Of a DNA stretch of 64,000 nucleotides, positions 17,763-27,261 are shown piece by piece. Each line of letters begins with the position of its first letter. The first letter of the stretch is position 1. Below the pieces are notes generated by a model. It was not told where the DNA came from. It did not search any database and saw nothing but the letters and a program-made list of their open reading frames with translations. Source of the DNA: Sediminibacterium sp. (lineage in GTDB: Bacteria > Bacteroidota > Bacteroidia > Chitinophagales > Chitinophagaceae); NCBI GenBank assembly GCA_035254545.1, contig DATFAP010000010.1:5286-69285 (forward strand), given 5' to 3'. Made by a program: the position numbers and the translations under genes.

Positions 17763-19004
17763 ATGAAAAATTTACTCCGGTTATTCAGATTCTTTAACCT
17801 GAAACCTTCGCTGCTTTTAGTAGTAGCGGGCTTTGTTGCCATTGTAGCGGGTGCCAATATCAACGCTCCGAAACCCAAACCGATTATTACCGGTGCAGAT
17901 CAGACACATCTATACCTGCCTTACTTAAAAGGCAAGCGCGTGGCGCTGCTGGCCAATCCTACTACGATTGTGGGGAATAAGCACTTTGTAGACAGTATGC
18001 TGAATCGTGGAATCAATATCGTGAAAGTGTTTGGCCCCGAACATGGGTTCCGGGGCAATGCCAGCGCCGGGGTTAATGTGAAAGATGAGAAAGATCCTGC
18101 TACAGGTGTTGCCGTAATTTCTCTCTATGGCCCCAAACGCAAGCCGTCTAAGGAAGACCTGGCCGATGTGGATGTAATGATCTTCGATATCCAGGATGTA
18201 GGCTGTCGTTTTTACACATACATCAACGTACTGGGCCATATCATGGAAGCCTGTGCGGAAAATAACAAGGAACTCCTGATCCTCGATCGGCCCAATCCCA
18301 ATGGTTACCTGGTGGATGGCCCTGTACTGGATATGAAATTCAAATCGGGTATTGGCATTTATCCCATTCCTGTTGCTCATGGCATGACCATTGCCGAATT
18401 TGCGCAGATGCTGAACGGAGAAGGATGGTTGCCCAATAAACTACAGTGCAAACTGAAGATCATTAAAGTGGCCAATTATACGCACGATATGGAATATACG
18501 TTGCCGGTAAAGCCTTCTCCTAATCTCAATACCCAACAAAGCATTATGCTTTATCCTACTACCTGCTGGTTCGAAGGAACGGTACTGAACCACGGAAGAG
18601 GAACACAGTTTCCCTTTACGGTTTTTGGCAGCCCGCTTTTTAAAGGGAAATATGATTTTTCTTATACTCCTGTCAGTATTCCCGGTATGAGTGAAACACC
18701 GCTGCACATGAATACCGAATGTTACGGGCTGGATCTGCGTAATGTTGATATTGCCGAACTGCGTAAAACCAAACGAATCCATATTCAGTGGATGATCGAT
18801 CTTTATAATAATTTCCCTGATAAGGCTCATTTCTTCGACAGAAGCCAGAGCAAGGAAATTGGAGACATCAATAAACTGGCCGGTACCGATTTGTTCAGGC
18901 AGCAGGTGGAAGCCGGCAAGTCTGTTCAGGAAATTTATGCTTCCTGGGAACCGGGTTTATCGGCATATAAAGCGATGCGGAAGAAGTACCTGCTTTATCA
19001 GTAG
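17763..19004 (+). CDS. namZ: DUF1343 family exo-beta-N-acetylmuramidase
   Basis: 413 aa. LKGKRVALLANPTTIVG...HFVD and FGPEHGFRG are DUF1343/NamZ hallmarks. Confidence 0.8.
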   Translation: MKNLLRLFRFFNLKPSLLLVVAGFVAIVAGANINAPKPKPIITGADQTHLYLPYLKGKRVALLANPTTIVGNKHFVDSMLNRGINIVKVFGPEHGFRGNASAGVNVKDEKDPATGVAVISLYGPKRKPSKEDLADVDVMIFDIQDVGCRFYTYINVLGHIMEACAENNKELLILDRPNPNGYLVDGPVLDMKFKSGIGIYPIPVAHGMTIAEFAQMLNGEGWLPNKLQCKLKIIKVANYTHDMEYTLPVKPSPNLNTQQSIMLYPTTCWFEGTVLNHGRGTQFPFTVFGSPLFKGKYDFSYTPVSIPGMSETPLHMNTECYGLDLRNVDIAELRKTKRIHIQWMIDLYNNFPDKAHFFDRSQSKEIGDINKLAGTDLFRQQVEAGKSVQEIYASWEPGLSAYKAMRKKYLLYQ

Positions 19005-19852
19005 GTATTGGTCATATCTTCATCTACACAAATAATAAAGTCTGCTCTGCCCTTGTTTTCGGTGAGCAGGCTTTTTATGTTTTTCTGGCTTACTGTGGAA
19101 ATTGTACCGTATTTCAGGTCCGGCTTTTCCCGTTTCAGGTACCAGTTGATGCCATCGTAAAAATCGGAGTGGTAGGAGCCGTTATAATGCAGGAACAATG
19201 AGCCTGCCTGCAGGTTACGCAAAATAAAGTACGCCATGGTCGCATCCTTACTCGCCTGCGCTTTGGGCATATTTTCGCTGCCATGTCCCGCCATCATCTC
19301 CATCATCTTTACATAACCCGGCAGATTTTTATCATAAGCCATGGGTAAGGGAGCTATCCATTTTTTTTCTGCTTCTGTTAAACTGTCGAGCCGGGTGAAT
19401 CCTCCTTTGCTAACCATTGCTGCATACTTCCTAGGAATGTTGGTGGCTATAAATGGTAGTTGGCTGGATTTGGCATAGTTCAGCAAAGGCGCATAGTCTG
19501 TTGTGTAATTCTTCCAAAGCCTTGCGCTGGAATCCAACCCACGGGAACTGAGTTTTCCCGAGAGGTATTGATTCAGCGCATCCTGGTTGTCGGCTTCAAA
19601 CATTTCTGCTCCAAGGATTATTTGTCTGTTTTGATGAAGGTCTTTGGTGACCTCCAGTTGCAGCCAGTGCGCAATGGCGTTGTTGTGATACTCTCCAAAT
19701 AGCACAATATCCTTCTCCTTCAGTATCCGGATCATTTTTTGATAAGTAACCTGGCGACCTTTGGAATTGTAAATGATATACGGTGTTTTACCCTGGGCAA
19801 ATATACCCGATGCACTTATAAGAAGTGTTAGCAGAAGGACTTGTTTTTTCAT
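18998..19852 (-). CDS. ChaN-family (haem-binding/Tiki-like) lipoprotein
   Basis: Signal peptide present. VLFGEYHNNAIAHWLQLEV is typical of the ChaN/Cofac_haem_bdg family. Confidence 0.7.
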   Translation of the reverse strand: MKKQVLLLTLLISASGIFAQGKTPYIIYNSKGRQVTYQKMIRILKEKDIVLFGEYHNNAIAHWLQLEVTKDLHQNRQIILGAEMFEADNQDALNQYLSGKLSSRGLDSSARLWKNYTTDYAPLLNYAKSSQLPFIATNIPRKYAAMVSKGGFTRLDSLTEAEKKWIAPLPMAYDKNLPGYVKMMEMMAGHGSENMPKAQASKDATMAYFILRNLQAGSLFLHYNGSYHSDFYDGINWYLKREKPDLKYGTISTVSQKNIKSLLTENKGRADFIICVDEDMTNTY

Positions 19853-19868
19853 ACCTCAATATAGGTAT

Positions 19869-20276
19869 CTAGTCGCTTTCTTCAAAATGAAGGTGCTGGT
19901 GGTGCGCACCGGCAGCTATGTGCATTACGAATCCCATGATCACCGTATCCTTCAGGATATTGATGAGGGCCAGCATCTTCATGTCTCTGTTGCCGGCATT
20001 CAGGTAATTGGGTACATGAATACTCAGAATGAAGATCAACATCAGTACTACCAGCAGGTAGCTGGTAAATTTCACATACTGATTGGTTAAGAAGGATAAT
20101 CCGACCAGGATAAAAATTCCTCCTACTATGTACGCATAGAGTATTCCTCCTACCATGAATACAGGAACATAAACGAAGAGGTCGCGGGGATAGAGAAAGT
20201 GACAAATGCCGAAAATGATCAGAACAACCGAAAGCATGTAGATCGCTATCCTCGAAACAATGTGATAATGTTTCAT
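19869..20276 (-). CDS. 4-TM membrane protein with His-rich C-terminus
   Basis: 135 aa with four hydrophobic helices. The C-terminus is AAGAHHQHLHFEESD. No family recognised. Confidence 0.5.
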   Translation of the reverse strand: MKHYHIVSRIAIYMLSVVLIIFGICHFLYPRDLFVYVPVFMVGGILYAYIVGGIFILVGLSFLTNQYVKFTSYLLVVLMLIFILSIHVPNYLNAGNRDMKMLALINILKDTVIMGFVMHIAAGAHHQHLHFEESD

Positions 20277-20352
20277 AACGGACTGGTTTGTTTCATCTAC
20301 AATTTAATCAATTATCTCCGGAATAACAATAGTTCCGAAAGGGCAGGAAACC

Positions 20353-21180
20353 TTAAAATAAGCTTATTTGTACCGGCTGAACCCGTATCCTCGGAATAAT
20401 AATTTCCACTGGCTCAGGGTGGCTGATATGATATACCTCGCTGGCCTCGTACCTGGAAGCAACAGTTACCCTTGTGTTGCCGGCAAAGGGTTCAAAAGCT
20501 GCTTTGGCCAGCTCCGGTGTGTTGTTTTCCCTGGAAAGATGGGAGAGCAGCAGGTGTGTCATAAACGGCGGTTTATGGGCAATAAACAATTCCAGGGCCT
20601 GGGTATTGGAAATATGTCCCTTCCCTCCACTGATCCGGTTTTTCAGCAACTGGGGATATTTCCCGTTTGCCAGCATCACTTCATCGTAGTTGGACTCGAG
20701 AAATGCCGCGTGGCATTGTTTAAAATAGTGGGTAACCTGATCACATACTTTGCCGATATCGGTGATTACTCCAATGTTAATGCCCGCATGGCTTACTACA
20801 AAACTGTGCGGGTCGGCTGCGTCGTGTTCTTTGCCAAACGGGATCACTGTTATTCCGCCGATTTGTATGGGTTGGTGCGCGGTGAATGGGTGCGACAGGT
20901 GTTTAACTAATCTTGGGCCGTTTTGAGCGGTTTCCGGTGTAATGTAAACCGGCAATTTGTATTTATTCGCCAGGGTGGATATGCCCCTGATGTGATCCGT
21001 ATGTTCGTGCGAAACAAAAACAGCTTTCACCTTTTCGATCTGCAGCGAACGCACTTTCATGCGGATTTCTATTTCTCTGCAGGACAACCCCGCATCAATC
21101 AATACCGCTTCGGATTGATTGCCTATATAATAGCAATTGCCGTTGCTGCCGGAGTTCAATGATGCAATGAAAAGTGACAT
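20353..21180 (-). CDS. MBL-fold metallo-hydrolase
   Basis: Contains VFVSHEHTDHIRG (the HxHxDH motif). Confidence 0.85.
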   Translation of the reverse strand: MSLFIASLNSGSNGNCYYIGNQSEAVLIDAGLSCREIEIRMKVRSLQIEKVKAVFVSHEHTDHIRGISTLANKYKLPVYITPETAQNGPRLVKHLSHPFTAHQPIQIGGITVIPFGKEHDAADPHSFVVSHAGINIGVITDIGKVCDQVTHYFKQCHAAFLESNYDEVMLANGKYPQLLKNRISGGKGHISNTQALELFIAHKPPFMTHLLLSHLSRENNTPELAKAAFEPFAGNTRVTVASRYEASEVYHISHPEPVEIIIPRIRVQPVQISLF

Positions 21181-21231
21181 ATGAATTGCAAAGAAAGTGT
21201 ATATTCAGCTTTTAAACTTAAAAATTAAAAC

Positions 21232-21726
21232 ATGAGTATCGCTGGTAAATTTTTAGCAGAATTAAAGCAGGAATCTGCTAATACCCGCCTGATTTTAGCG
21301 GCCATCCCTTTCGATAAGGCCGGATTTAAACCGCATGAGAAATCCATGACCCTGAAAAGGCTGGCTCTTCATGTAGCGGAGATCAATGGCTGGTGGAAGG
21401 AGTGTCTGGTGCAGGATGAACTGGATTTTTCCAAAGACAGCGGCGTAAGAAGAGAAATTAACTCCACCGAAGATCTGCTGAATTATTTCGATGACCTGCT
21501 GGCTAAATCTGAAGCGATTCTGCAAAACGCAAAAGATGAGGATTTTGCTAAAAACTGGACTATGCGCAATGGGGATGTCGTTTATTTTACCCTGCCCAAA
21601 GAATCTGTAGTGCGTACATGGTGTCTGAACCATCTCTATCACCACCGTGCCCAGTTAACGGTATATCTGCGTTTATTGGATATTCCTGTACCGGGTATGT
21701 ATGGCCCAACTGCCGATACACAGTAA
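21232..21726 (+). CDS. DinB-family protein
   Basis: 164 aa with a four-helix-like pattern: LALHVAEINGWW ... LNHLYHHRAQLTVYLR. Confidence 0.7.
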   Translation: MSIAGKFLAELKQESANTRLILAAIPFDKAGFKPHEKSMTLKRLALHVAEINGWWKECLVQDELDFSKDSGVRREINSTEDLLNYFDDLLAKSEAILQNAKDEDFAKNWTMRNGDVVYFTLPKESVVRTWCLNHLYHHRAQLTVYLRLLDIPVPGMYGPTADTQ

Positions 21727-21799
21727 AAAAGATTAAGCGGTTATTAAAGCCCGAGTGATACCTATTCATGATTATGGAGATTGTATTATCTTCATAATC

Positions 21800-22015
21800 A
21801 TGAAACCTGTTGAATCTAGAGATCCGCTGCATGGCAAAACCCTGGAGTTTATTCTAACCTACCTGGTTCAGCATTTTGGCTGGGAAGATCTGGCAAGGAT
21901 TATCAATATCAATTGCTTTAAAAATAATCCCAGTGTAAAGTCCAGTTTAACTTTTCTTCGAAAAACCCCCTGGGCCCGTAAAAAAGTGGAAGATCTTTAC
22001 ATCAGCACCCTTTAG
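21800..22015 (+). CDS. VF530/DUF2132 small DNA-binding-like protein
   Basis: DPLHGKTLEFILTYLVQHFGWEDLA...CFKNNPSVKSSLTFLRKTPWARKKVEDLY. ATG at 21800 preferred over 21755. Confidence 0.65.
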   Translation: MKPVESRDPLHGKTLEFILTYLVQHFGWEDLARIININCFKNNPSVKSSLTFLRKTPWARKKVEDLYISTL

Positions 22016-22030
22016 TTTTACGGGGCCTGG

Positions 22031-23203
22031 TTATACCTTAATCAGGCTGGTTGTTTGAATAATGTTTTTCAGCGCATCTTCCAGGATATCCAGATCCTCC
22101 TGTGTATTGAACACCTGAATGGAATAGCGCAGGTACATTTTGTCTGCATTGCGCATCAACGGTATTTCAATCTTGTATTTATTGAACAATAAGTCTTTCA
22201 ATGTTTCCGGATCCGGCGTATTGATGGGTATACTGAATAGTTGCAGGATGAAATCATCATTCAGCGGCGCCAGTGGCTGGGTTTTCAGTAACTCACAAAA
22301 GCGAAGGGCATTGGCCTGTACCATTGTTCTGCACTCTTTAGATACGGCGGCCCAGTTGTGTTGTTGCAGGAAATCGATGACTGTTGGTACGGTACAGAAC
22401 GCGGAAAAATCCCTGGTGCCCTGTGTTTGATGATAGTCCAGGAATCTGGAATGAGATGGGGTAGTGCTGTTGAATCCCCAACTGATCACCAGGGGGTCGA
22501 ATAAATGTTGCAATGCTCTTTTCACGTATAAAAAGGAACATCCTTTGGGTGCCATCATCCATTTATGGCAGGCGCCTGTATAGATATCGGCATTCAGGGT
22601 ATTTAGGTTAACTTCCGTTTGCGCCGGCCCGTGTGCGCCATCTACAAATACCAGGATGCCTCTCGATTTTGCAATGGCACAAATTTCTTCCACCGGAAAA
22701 CGCAGGGCGGTAGAACTGGTGATATGGCTGATGAAAATCATTTTGGTTTTGGAACTCAGGCCTTTCAGTAAATCTTCCGTAAACTGTTCCTTGCCGGTGA
22801 GCGGCAAACGAATCGGTTGTTGTACATAACGGGCACCCGCTTTTTCGCAATAATATTGAAAGGTTCTGTCGCAGGCCCCGTATTCCAGATCGGTAGTAAG
22901 GATTTCATCCCCGGGTTCCAGTTTCAGGCTTTTCGCTACCAGATTTACCGCATAGGAGGGATTGGTTACAAACACCAGATCGTCCTCATGGCAGTTGAGG
23001 TAGGCGCCCAGTGCAATCCGGGATGCTTTCAGGTATTCCAGTCCTGTTTTTACGATGAACTGAACCGGCTCCTGTTCCAGTTCCAACTGGTATTGCTGAT
23101 AACGGTCAAATACAGGCCTGGGGCAGGCTCCAAAGGAACCGAAATTCAGGAATGTGATATCTTTTCTGAGGAGGAATTGTGAGCGGATGGTATCGTTGAT
23201 CAT
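22031..23203 (-). CDS. class V aminotransferase-fold PLP enzyme (isopenicillin-N epimerase/cysteine desulfurase-like)
   Basis: 390 aa. FVDGAHGPAQ and YTGACHKWMMAPKGCSF carry the PLP-Lys motif. Confidence 0.8.
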   Translation of the reverse strand: MINDTIRSQFLLRKDITFLNFGSFGACPRPVFDRYQQYQLELEQEPVQFIVKTGLEYLKASRIALGAYLNCHEDDLVFVTNPSYAVNLVAKSLKLEPGDEILTTDLEYGACDRTFQYYCEKAGARYVQQPIRLPLTGKEQFTEDLLKGLSSKTKMIFISHITSSTALRFPVEEICAIAKSRGILVFVDGAHGPAQTEVNLNTLNADIYTGACHKWMMAPKGCSFLYVKRALQHLFDPLVISWGFNSTTPSHSRFLDYHQTQGTRDFSAFCTVPTVIDFLQQHNWAAVSKECRTMVQANALRFCELLKTQPLAPLNDDFILQLFSIPINTPDPETLKDLLFNKYKIEIPLMRNADKMYLRYSIQVFNTQEDLDILEDALKNIIQTTSLIKV

Positions 23204-23257
23204 GGCCTAAATTAATAAATATTACCTTTAAGCTTTCTTTTCAAAAATAAAAGTCGA

Positions 23258-24808
23258 ATGAAGCGCACAATCAGGTATTACCGGCTCATTTGGTTCAGAC
23301 ATGATCTTCCTGCTGGTTTATCCGTTTTTTTGGTAGCATTACCACTTTGTCTTGGAATTGCGCTGGCTTCCGGTGCCCCCTTGTATGCGGGCTTAATGTC
23401 GGGCATTATCGGGGGGATTGTAGTGGGTATGGTCAGTGGGTCTCAACTGGGCGTATCCGGTCCTGCGGCTGGCTTGTCTACCGTGGTGGCGGCTTCCATT
23501 ATCTCTATCGGTAATTACAAAGTATTTATTCTGTCGATCATAGTGGCCGGTTTATTTCAACTGGTGCTGGGCCTGCTTCGGCTGGGCATGTTTGCCAGCT
23601 ATTTCCCCTCCGCTGTGATCAAAGGGATGCTGGCTGCTATCGGTATTATCCTGGTGTCTAAGCAAATTCCCCTGATGCTGGGTTATTCCGAACCCGATTT
23701 CTGGACCGATGGTTTTCTGGATTTGTTCTCTTCCAAAAACGTATTGGGGAATCTTTCTGAATTTAATAAGCATATTACCCGTGGCGCTATCGTTATTGCG
23801 GTGGTTTCTTTTGCTGTAATGCTGGGTATGCAACATCCTGCTGCTAAAAAAATAAAAATGATCCCGGCTCCGCTGATGGGCGTGCTGGCCGGTGTACTGC
23901 TTAATTTTATTTTTATACAGTTCTTCCCGGGCATGGCCTTAAAATCCAATCAACTGGTGAATGTGCCGGCAGATATTTTTTCCAGTATTGTATTCCCTGA
24001 TTTTTCCAAAGCTTTTTCTGTTCCGCAGGTTTGGAAAGATGGCCTGGTCATCGGGTTACTGGCTACTCTCGAAACCCTGCTTTGCGTGGAAGCCGTAGAC
24101 AAGCTGGACAGGAGGAACCGGATCACGCCTGTCAACAGAGAGTTGATTGCCCAGGGCCTGGGCAATATGGCCTGTGGCATGGTTGGGGCACTTCCCATGA
24201 CTGCTGTTGTGGTGCGGGGAGCCGCCAATGCAGATGCAGGAGCCAAGAGTAAACTTTCTGCCATAACACATGGTGTATTCATGTTGCTGGCAGTATTGTT
24301 CATCCCTTTTTTGCTGAATAAAATTCCTTATGCTTCTCTGGCGGCAATCTTGTTTGTGACAGGCTATAATCTGACCAAACCCAAGTTGTTTAAAAACATG
24401 TGGAGCCTGGGACGAAAACAGTTCATTCCCTTTATCCTCACCATCTCTATTATCCTTGTTACCGATTTGCTGATTGGCGTTTGTATTGGTTTGCTGATGT
24501 CTGTGTATTACATCATACTGAATAATTTCAGGGCCGACTACAATGTGACCAAAGAAATGAAGCATGAAACAGCGGTATTCCTGATTAAACTGAATTCCAA
24601 TGTAACTTTTCTGAATAAAGTAAAACTCCGTAAAGCACTGGATAAGATTCCTGAATACAGTATACTGACCATTGACGGTACGGAGAGTTATTTTATTGAT
24701 TATGATATCCTGGAGGTCATTAGTGAATTTGACAATAAAGCACATGAACGTCATATTGAAGTGCACCTGAAGGGTATTGAAAAAGTAAATGTCACCGCTG
24801 TCCATTAA
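23258..24808 (+). CDS. SulP-family anion transporter with C-terminal STAS domain
   Basis: 516 aa and polytopic. Contains FLVALPLCLGIALASGAP and a C-terminal STAS-like soluble domain. Confidence 0.9.
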   Translation: MKRTIRYYRLIWFRHDLPAGLSVFLVALPLCLGIALASGAPLYAGLMSGIIGGIVVGMVSGSQLGVSGPAAGLSTVVAASIISIGNYKVFILSIIVAGLFQLVLGLLRLGMFASYFPSAVIKGMLAAIGIILVSKQIPLMLGYSEPDFWTDGFLDLFSSKNVLGNLSEFNKHITRGAIVIAVVSFAVMLGMQHPAAKKIKMIPAPLMGVLAGVLLNFIFIQFFPGMALKSNQLVNVPADIFSSIVFPDFSKAFSVPQVWKDGLVIGLLATLETLLCVEAVDKLDRRNRITPVNRELIAQGLGNMACGMVGALPMTAVVVRGAANADAGAKSKLSAITHGVFMLLAVLFIPFLLNKIPYASLAAILFVTGYNLTKPKLFKNMWSLGRKQFIPFILTISIILVTDLLIGVCIGLLMSVYYIILNNFRADYNVTKEMKHETAVFLIKLNSNVTFLNKVKLRKALDKIPEYSILTIDGTESYFIDYDILEVISEFDNKAHERHIEVHLKGIEKVNVTAVH

Positions 24809-24826
24809 TCTATTATCTTTCCTTCT

Positions 24827-25798
24827 ATGGCATTTTTAACCGTTGATGGCATTTCTAAAGTGGAGCAGGGGCGCGAAATCGTGCGGCCCATCAGCTTTAC
24901 GCAGGAACGTTTGCAGCGGATTGCAATTGCCGGTGAAACGGGCTCGGGTAAGAGTACCCTGTTGAAAATGGTCGCCGGATTGATTCAGCCCGATAGCGGT
25001 GTTGTTTTGTTTGAAGGAGAAAGGGTATTGGGCCCCCCGGAACGCCTTCTGCCCGGGCATCCTGAAATTGCTTATCTCTCCCAGCATTTTGAGCTGAGGA
25101 ATAATTACCGAATTGAGGAGTTGCTGGCAATGGCTAATAAACTTCCGCAGGCTGAAGCAGACATGGTTTATGTGATCTGCCAGATTCAGCATTTGCTGAA
25201 ACGTAAAACCAATGAGCTTTCCGGGGGGGAGAAGCAGCGGATAGCATTGGCTGGGTTGCTCACCACTTCCCCTGGTTTATTGTTGCTGGATGAGCCTTTT
25301 TCTAATCTGGATCGTGTGCACAAAGAAACCATTAAATCGGTGATTGAAGATATTGGTAACAAGCTGCATATCACCTGTATACTTGTTTCACATGATGCTG
25401 CCGATACGCTGTCTTGGGCAGACAGGATCATGATCATGCGTAATGGATCATTGGTGCAGGAGGGAACCCCGCATCAGTTGTATTACCATCCTGTGGACGA
25501 ATACACCGCCGCCTTATTGGGAGAATACAATTTAATTGATACCAATTTGTACCCCGCTTTTATAAACATGCTGGGCGAATCTGTAGCGGGTAAAAGAGTG
25601 TTGTTGCGGCCCGAGCAACTCAGCTTTGGTTCGGTTACCGATACTTCCGTTGCCGGCACTGTGCAACAGGTTTATTTTTATGGCAGCTATTATATGGTTC
25701 ATGTTTTGGCAGATGGCTTGCCGGTTAAAATCAGGACCAGTACGTATCTGTTCAATCCCGGCGAGCAGGTGCAACTGATCCTCAAATCGATCAGTTAG
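24827..25798 (+). CDS. ABC transporter ATP-binding protein (PotA/FbpC-like, with C-terminal TOBE-like domain)
   Basis: Walker A GETGSGKST, signature LSGGEKQR and Walker B LLLLDEP. Confidence 0.85.
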   Translation: MAFLTVDGISKVEQGREIVRPISFTQERLQRIAIAGETGSGKSTLLKMVAGLIQPDSGVVLFEGERVLGPPERLLPGHPEIAYLSQHFELRNNYRIEELLAMANKLPQAEADMVYVICQIQHLLKRKTNELSGGEKQRIALAGLLTTSPGLLLLDEPFSNLDRVHKETIKSVIEDIGNKLHITCILVSHDAADTLSWADRIMIMRNGSLVQEGTPHQLYYHPVDEYTAALLGEYNLIDTNLYPAFINMLGESVAGKRVLLRPEQLSFGSVTDTSVAGTVQQVYFYGSYYMVHVLADGLPVKIRTSTYLFNPGEQVQLILKSIS

Positions 25799-25866
25799 AT
25801 TGGTCAGTGTTGTTTATGGCGTTGGGTTGAATCAGAAATATACCGAAGCTTTTACGGAAAACGAAT

Positions 25867-26433
25867 TTACAGGGTGATTCTTTTAGACAGGAGATCATCT
25901 ATTTTCTTAAACAGGTGATAGGGCTTGTACACCCGCCAGTCTGGAATATCCATTAACTCTATATAGTAGTTGAGCTTTTTTTTTCTGAAATCCTGTTGCG
26001 TGGCTTCCGGCATATTCAGGGCTACGATCCAGCCGTTTGCCTCACTCACTTCCTCGTACCATTCCTGATAATATTCCTTGTCGCTGCTGTGATAGTTCAA
26101 TACGTTTTCGGTAATCAGTATATATTTACTGATCCCCTGCAAAGCCAGCAGTTCAATCACTTCTCTTTTCAGCTCCATGATATCATTCTCTATGGCATCA
26201 TTCCATTCGCCAATCATTTCGATGACGGCAAAATTGAGTTCATAATCTACATAGATGATTTTCAGGTACAGGGTTCTGCTGCCGAAATCGTCCCATTGCG
26301 GATGGATATAGAAATTGTAGACAGTCTGGGAAAATTCAAATTCGCTGTAGGATCTGCCGTAAAAGGGCGAACGCGGATCTTCCTCGGCTACATACAGATG
26401 TCTCCAGTTAAAAAAAGGTTCTATTTCGTGCAT
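25867..26433 (-). CDS. hypothetical acidic cytoplasmic protein, last gene of the murK-murQ operon
   Basis: 188 aa. It lies 3 nt downstream of the murQ stop on the same strand. No family recognised. Confidence 0.55.
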   Translation of the reverse strand: MHEIEPFFNWRHLYVAEEDPRSPFYGRSYSEFEFSQTVYNFYIHPQWDDFGSRTLYLKIIYVDYELNFAVIEMIGEWNDAIENDIMELKREVIELLALQGISKYILITENVLNYHSSDKEYYQEWYEEVSEANGWIVALNMPEATQQDFRKKKLNYYIELMDIPDWRVYKPYHLFKKIDDLLSKRITL

Positions 26434-26436
26434 GGC

Positions 26437-27252
26437 TTAACTGACGGCTTCCACTGCTTTTTTCACGCTTCCGTGTTTCAGCAGCAGGTCTTTGGCTTTC
26501 TCATAATCGCTGATAGCGAGCCTGTCCATCACCATTTTAACACCCCGGTCTACCAGTTTTACGTTGCTGAGTTGCATGTTGACCATTTTGTTGTCTTCCA
26601 CGCGGCCCAGTTGAATCATGATGGAGGTCGATATCATATTCAATACCAGTTTCTGTGCCGTGCCGCTTTTCATACGGGTACTGCCTGTTACAAACTCCGG
26701 CCCTACCACCACTTCTACCGGATAGTCTGCCGCTGCGGATACCGGAGAGTTTGGATTACAACTGATGCTGCCCGTAATAATTCCTCTTTTCCGGCACTCT
26801 TCCAGTGCTCCGATTACATAAGGGGTGGTGCCGCTGGCCGCAAGCCCCACTACCACGTCTTTATCGCTGATGAAATGTTTCTCCAGATCTGCCCAGCCTT
26901 CTTCTGCACTGTCTTCTGCAAATTCCACCGCCTGAGTGATGGCTTTTTCTCCTCCGGCGATCAACCCGATTACCAGACCGTAGGGAACACCAAAAGTAGG
27001 AGGGCACTCACTCGCATCCACGATGCCCAGTCTTCCGCTGGTTCCTGCACCTATGTAAAAAAGTCTTCCACCTGCCAGCATTTTATCGCTGATGGCAGCA
27101 ACCAGTTTCTCAATCTGAGGCATGGCTTTTTCTACTGCGTAAGGAACGGTCTTGTCTTCGTTATTGATATTCTGAAGTAACTCGTGAATCGACATCTGTT
27201 CCAGGTGTCTGTAGGTAGACGCCTGTTCTGTAACTTTTATAAACTCCGACAT
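26437..27252 (-). CDS. murQ: N-acetylmuramic acid 6-phosphate etherase
   Basis: SIS domain present. GAGTSGRLGIVDASECPPTFG and TGSTRMKSGTAQK are MurQ hallmarks. Confidence 0.9.
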   Translation of the reverse strand: MSEFIKVTEQASTYRHLEQMSIHELLQNINNEDKTVPYAVEKAMPQIEKLVAAISDKMLAGGRLFYIGAGTSGRLGIVDASECPPTFGVPYGLVIGLIAGGEKAITQAVEFAEDSAEEGWADLEKHFISDKDVVVGLAASGTTPYVIGALEECRKRGIITGSISCNPNSPVSAAADYPVEVVVGPEFVTGSTRMKSGTAQKLVLNMISTSIMIQLGRVEDNKMVNMQLSNVKLVDRGVKMVMDRLAISDYEKAKDLLLKHGSVKKAVEAVS

Positions 27253-27261
27253 AAATTGCTT

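Noticed and set aside
18998-19004. 7-nt overlap of the convergent 3' ends of namZ and the ChaN gene
   Set aside because: It is real in the sequence (TAG at 19002-19004 and TGA complement at 18998-19000). It is a common consequence of compact genomes, with no evidence of functional significance.
24056-24805. 249-aa minus-strand ORF
   Set aside because: It lies entirely inside and antisense to the SulP transporter gene. No recognisable motifs. Shadow ORF.
25996-27180. 394-aa plus-strand ORF
   Set aside because: It is antisense to murQ and the 188-aa gene. The translation is low-complexity (F/H/V/I-rich) with no motif, while the opposite strand encodes an unmistakable MurQ. Shadow ORF.
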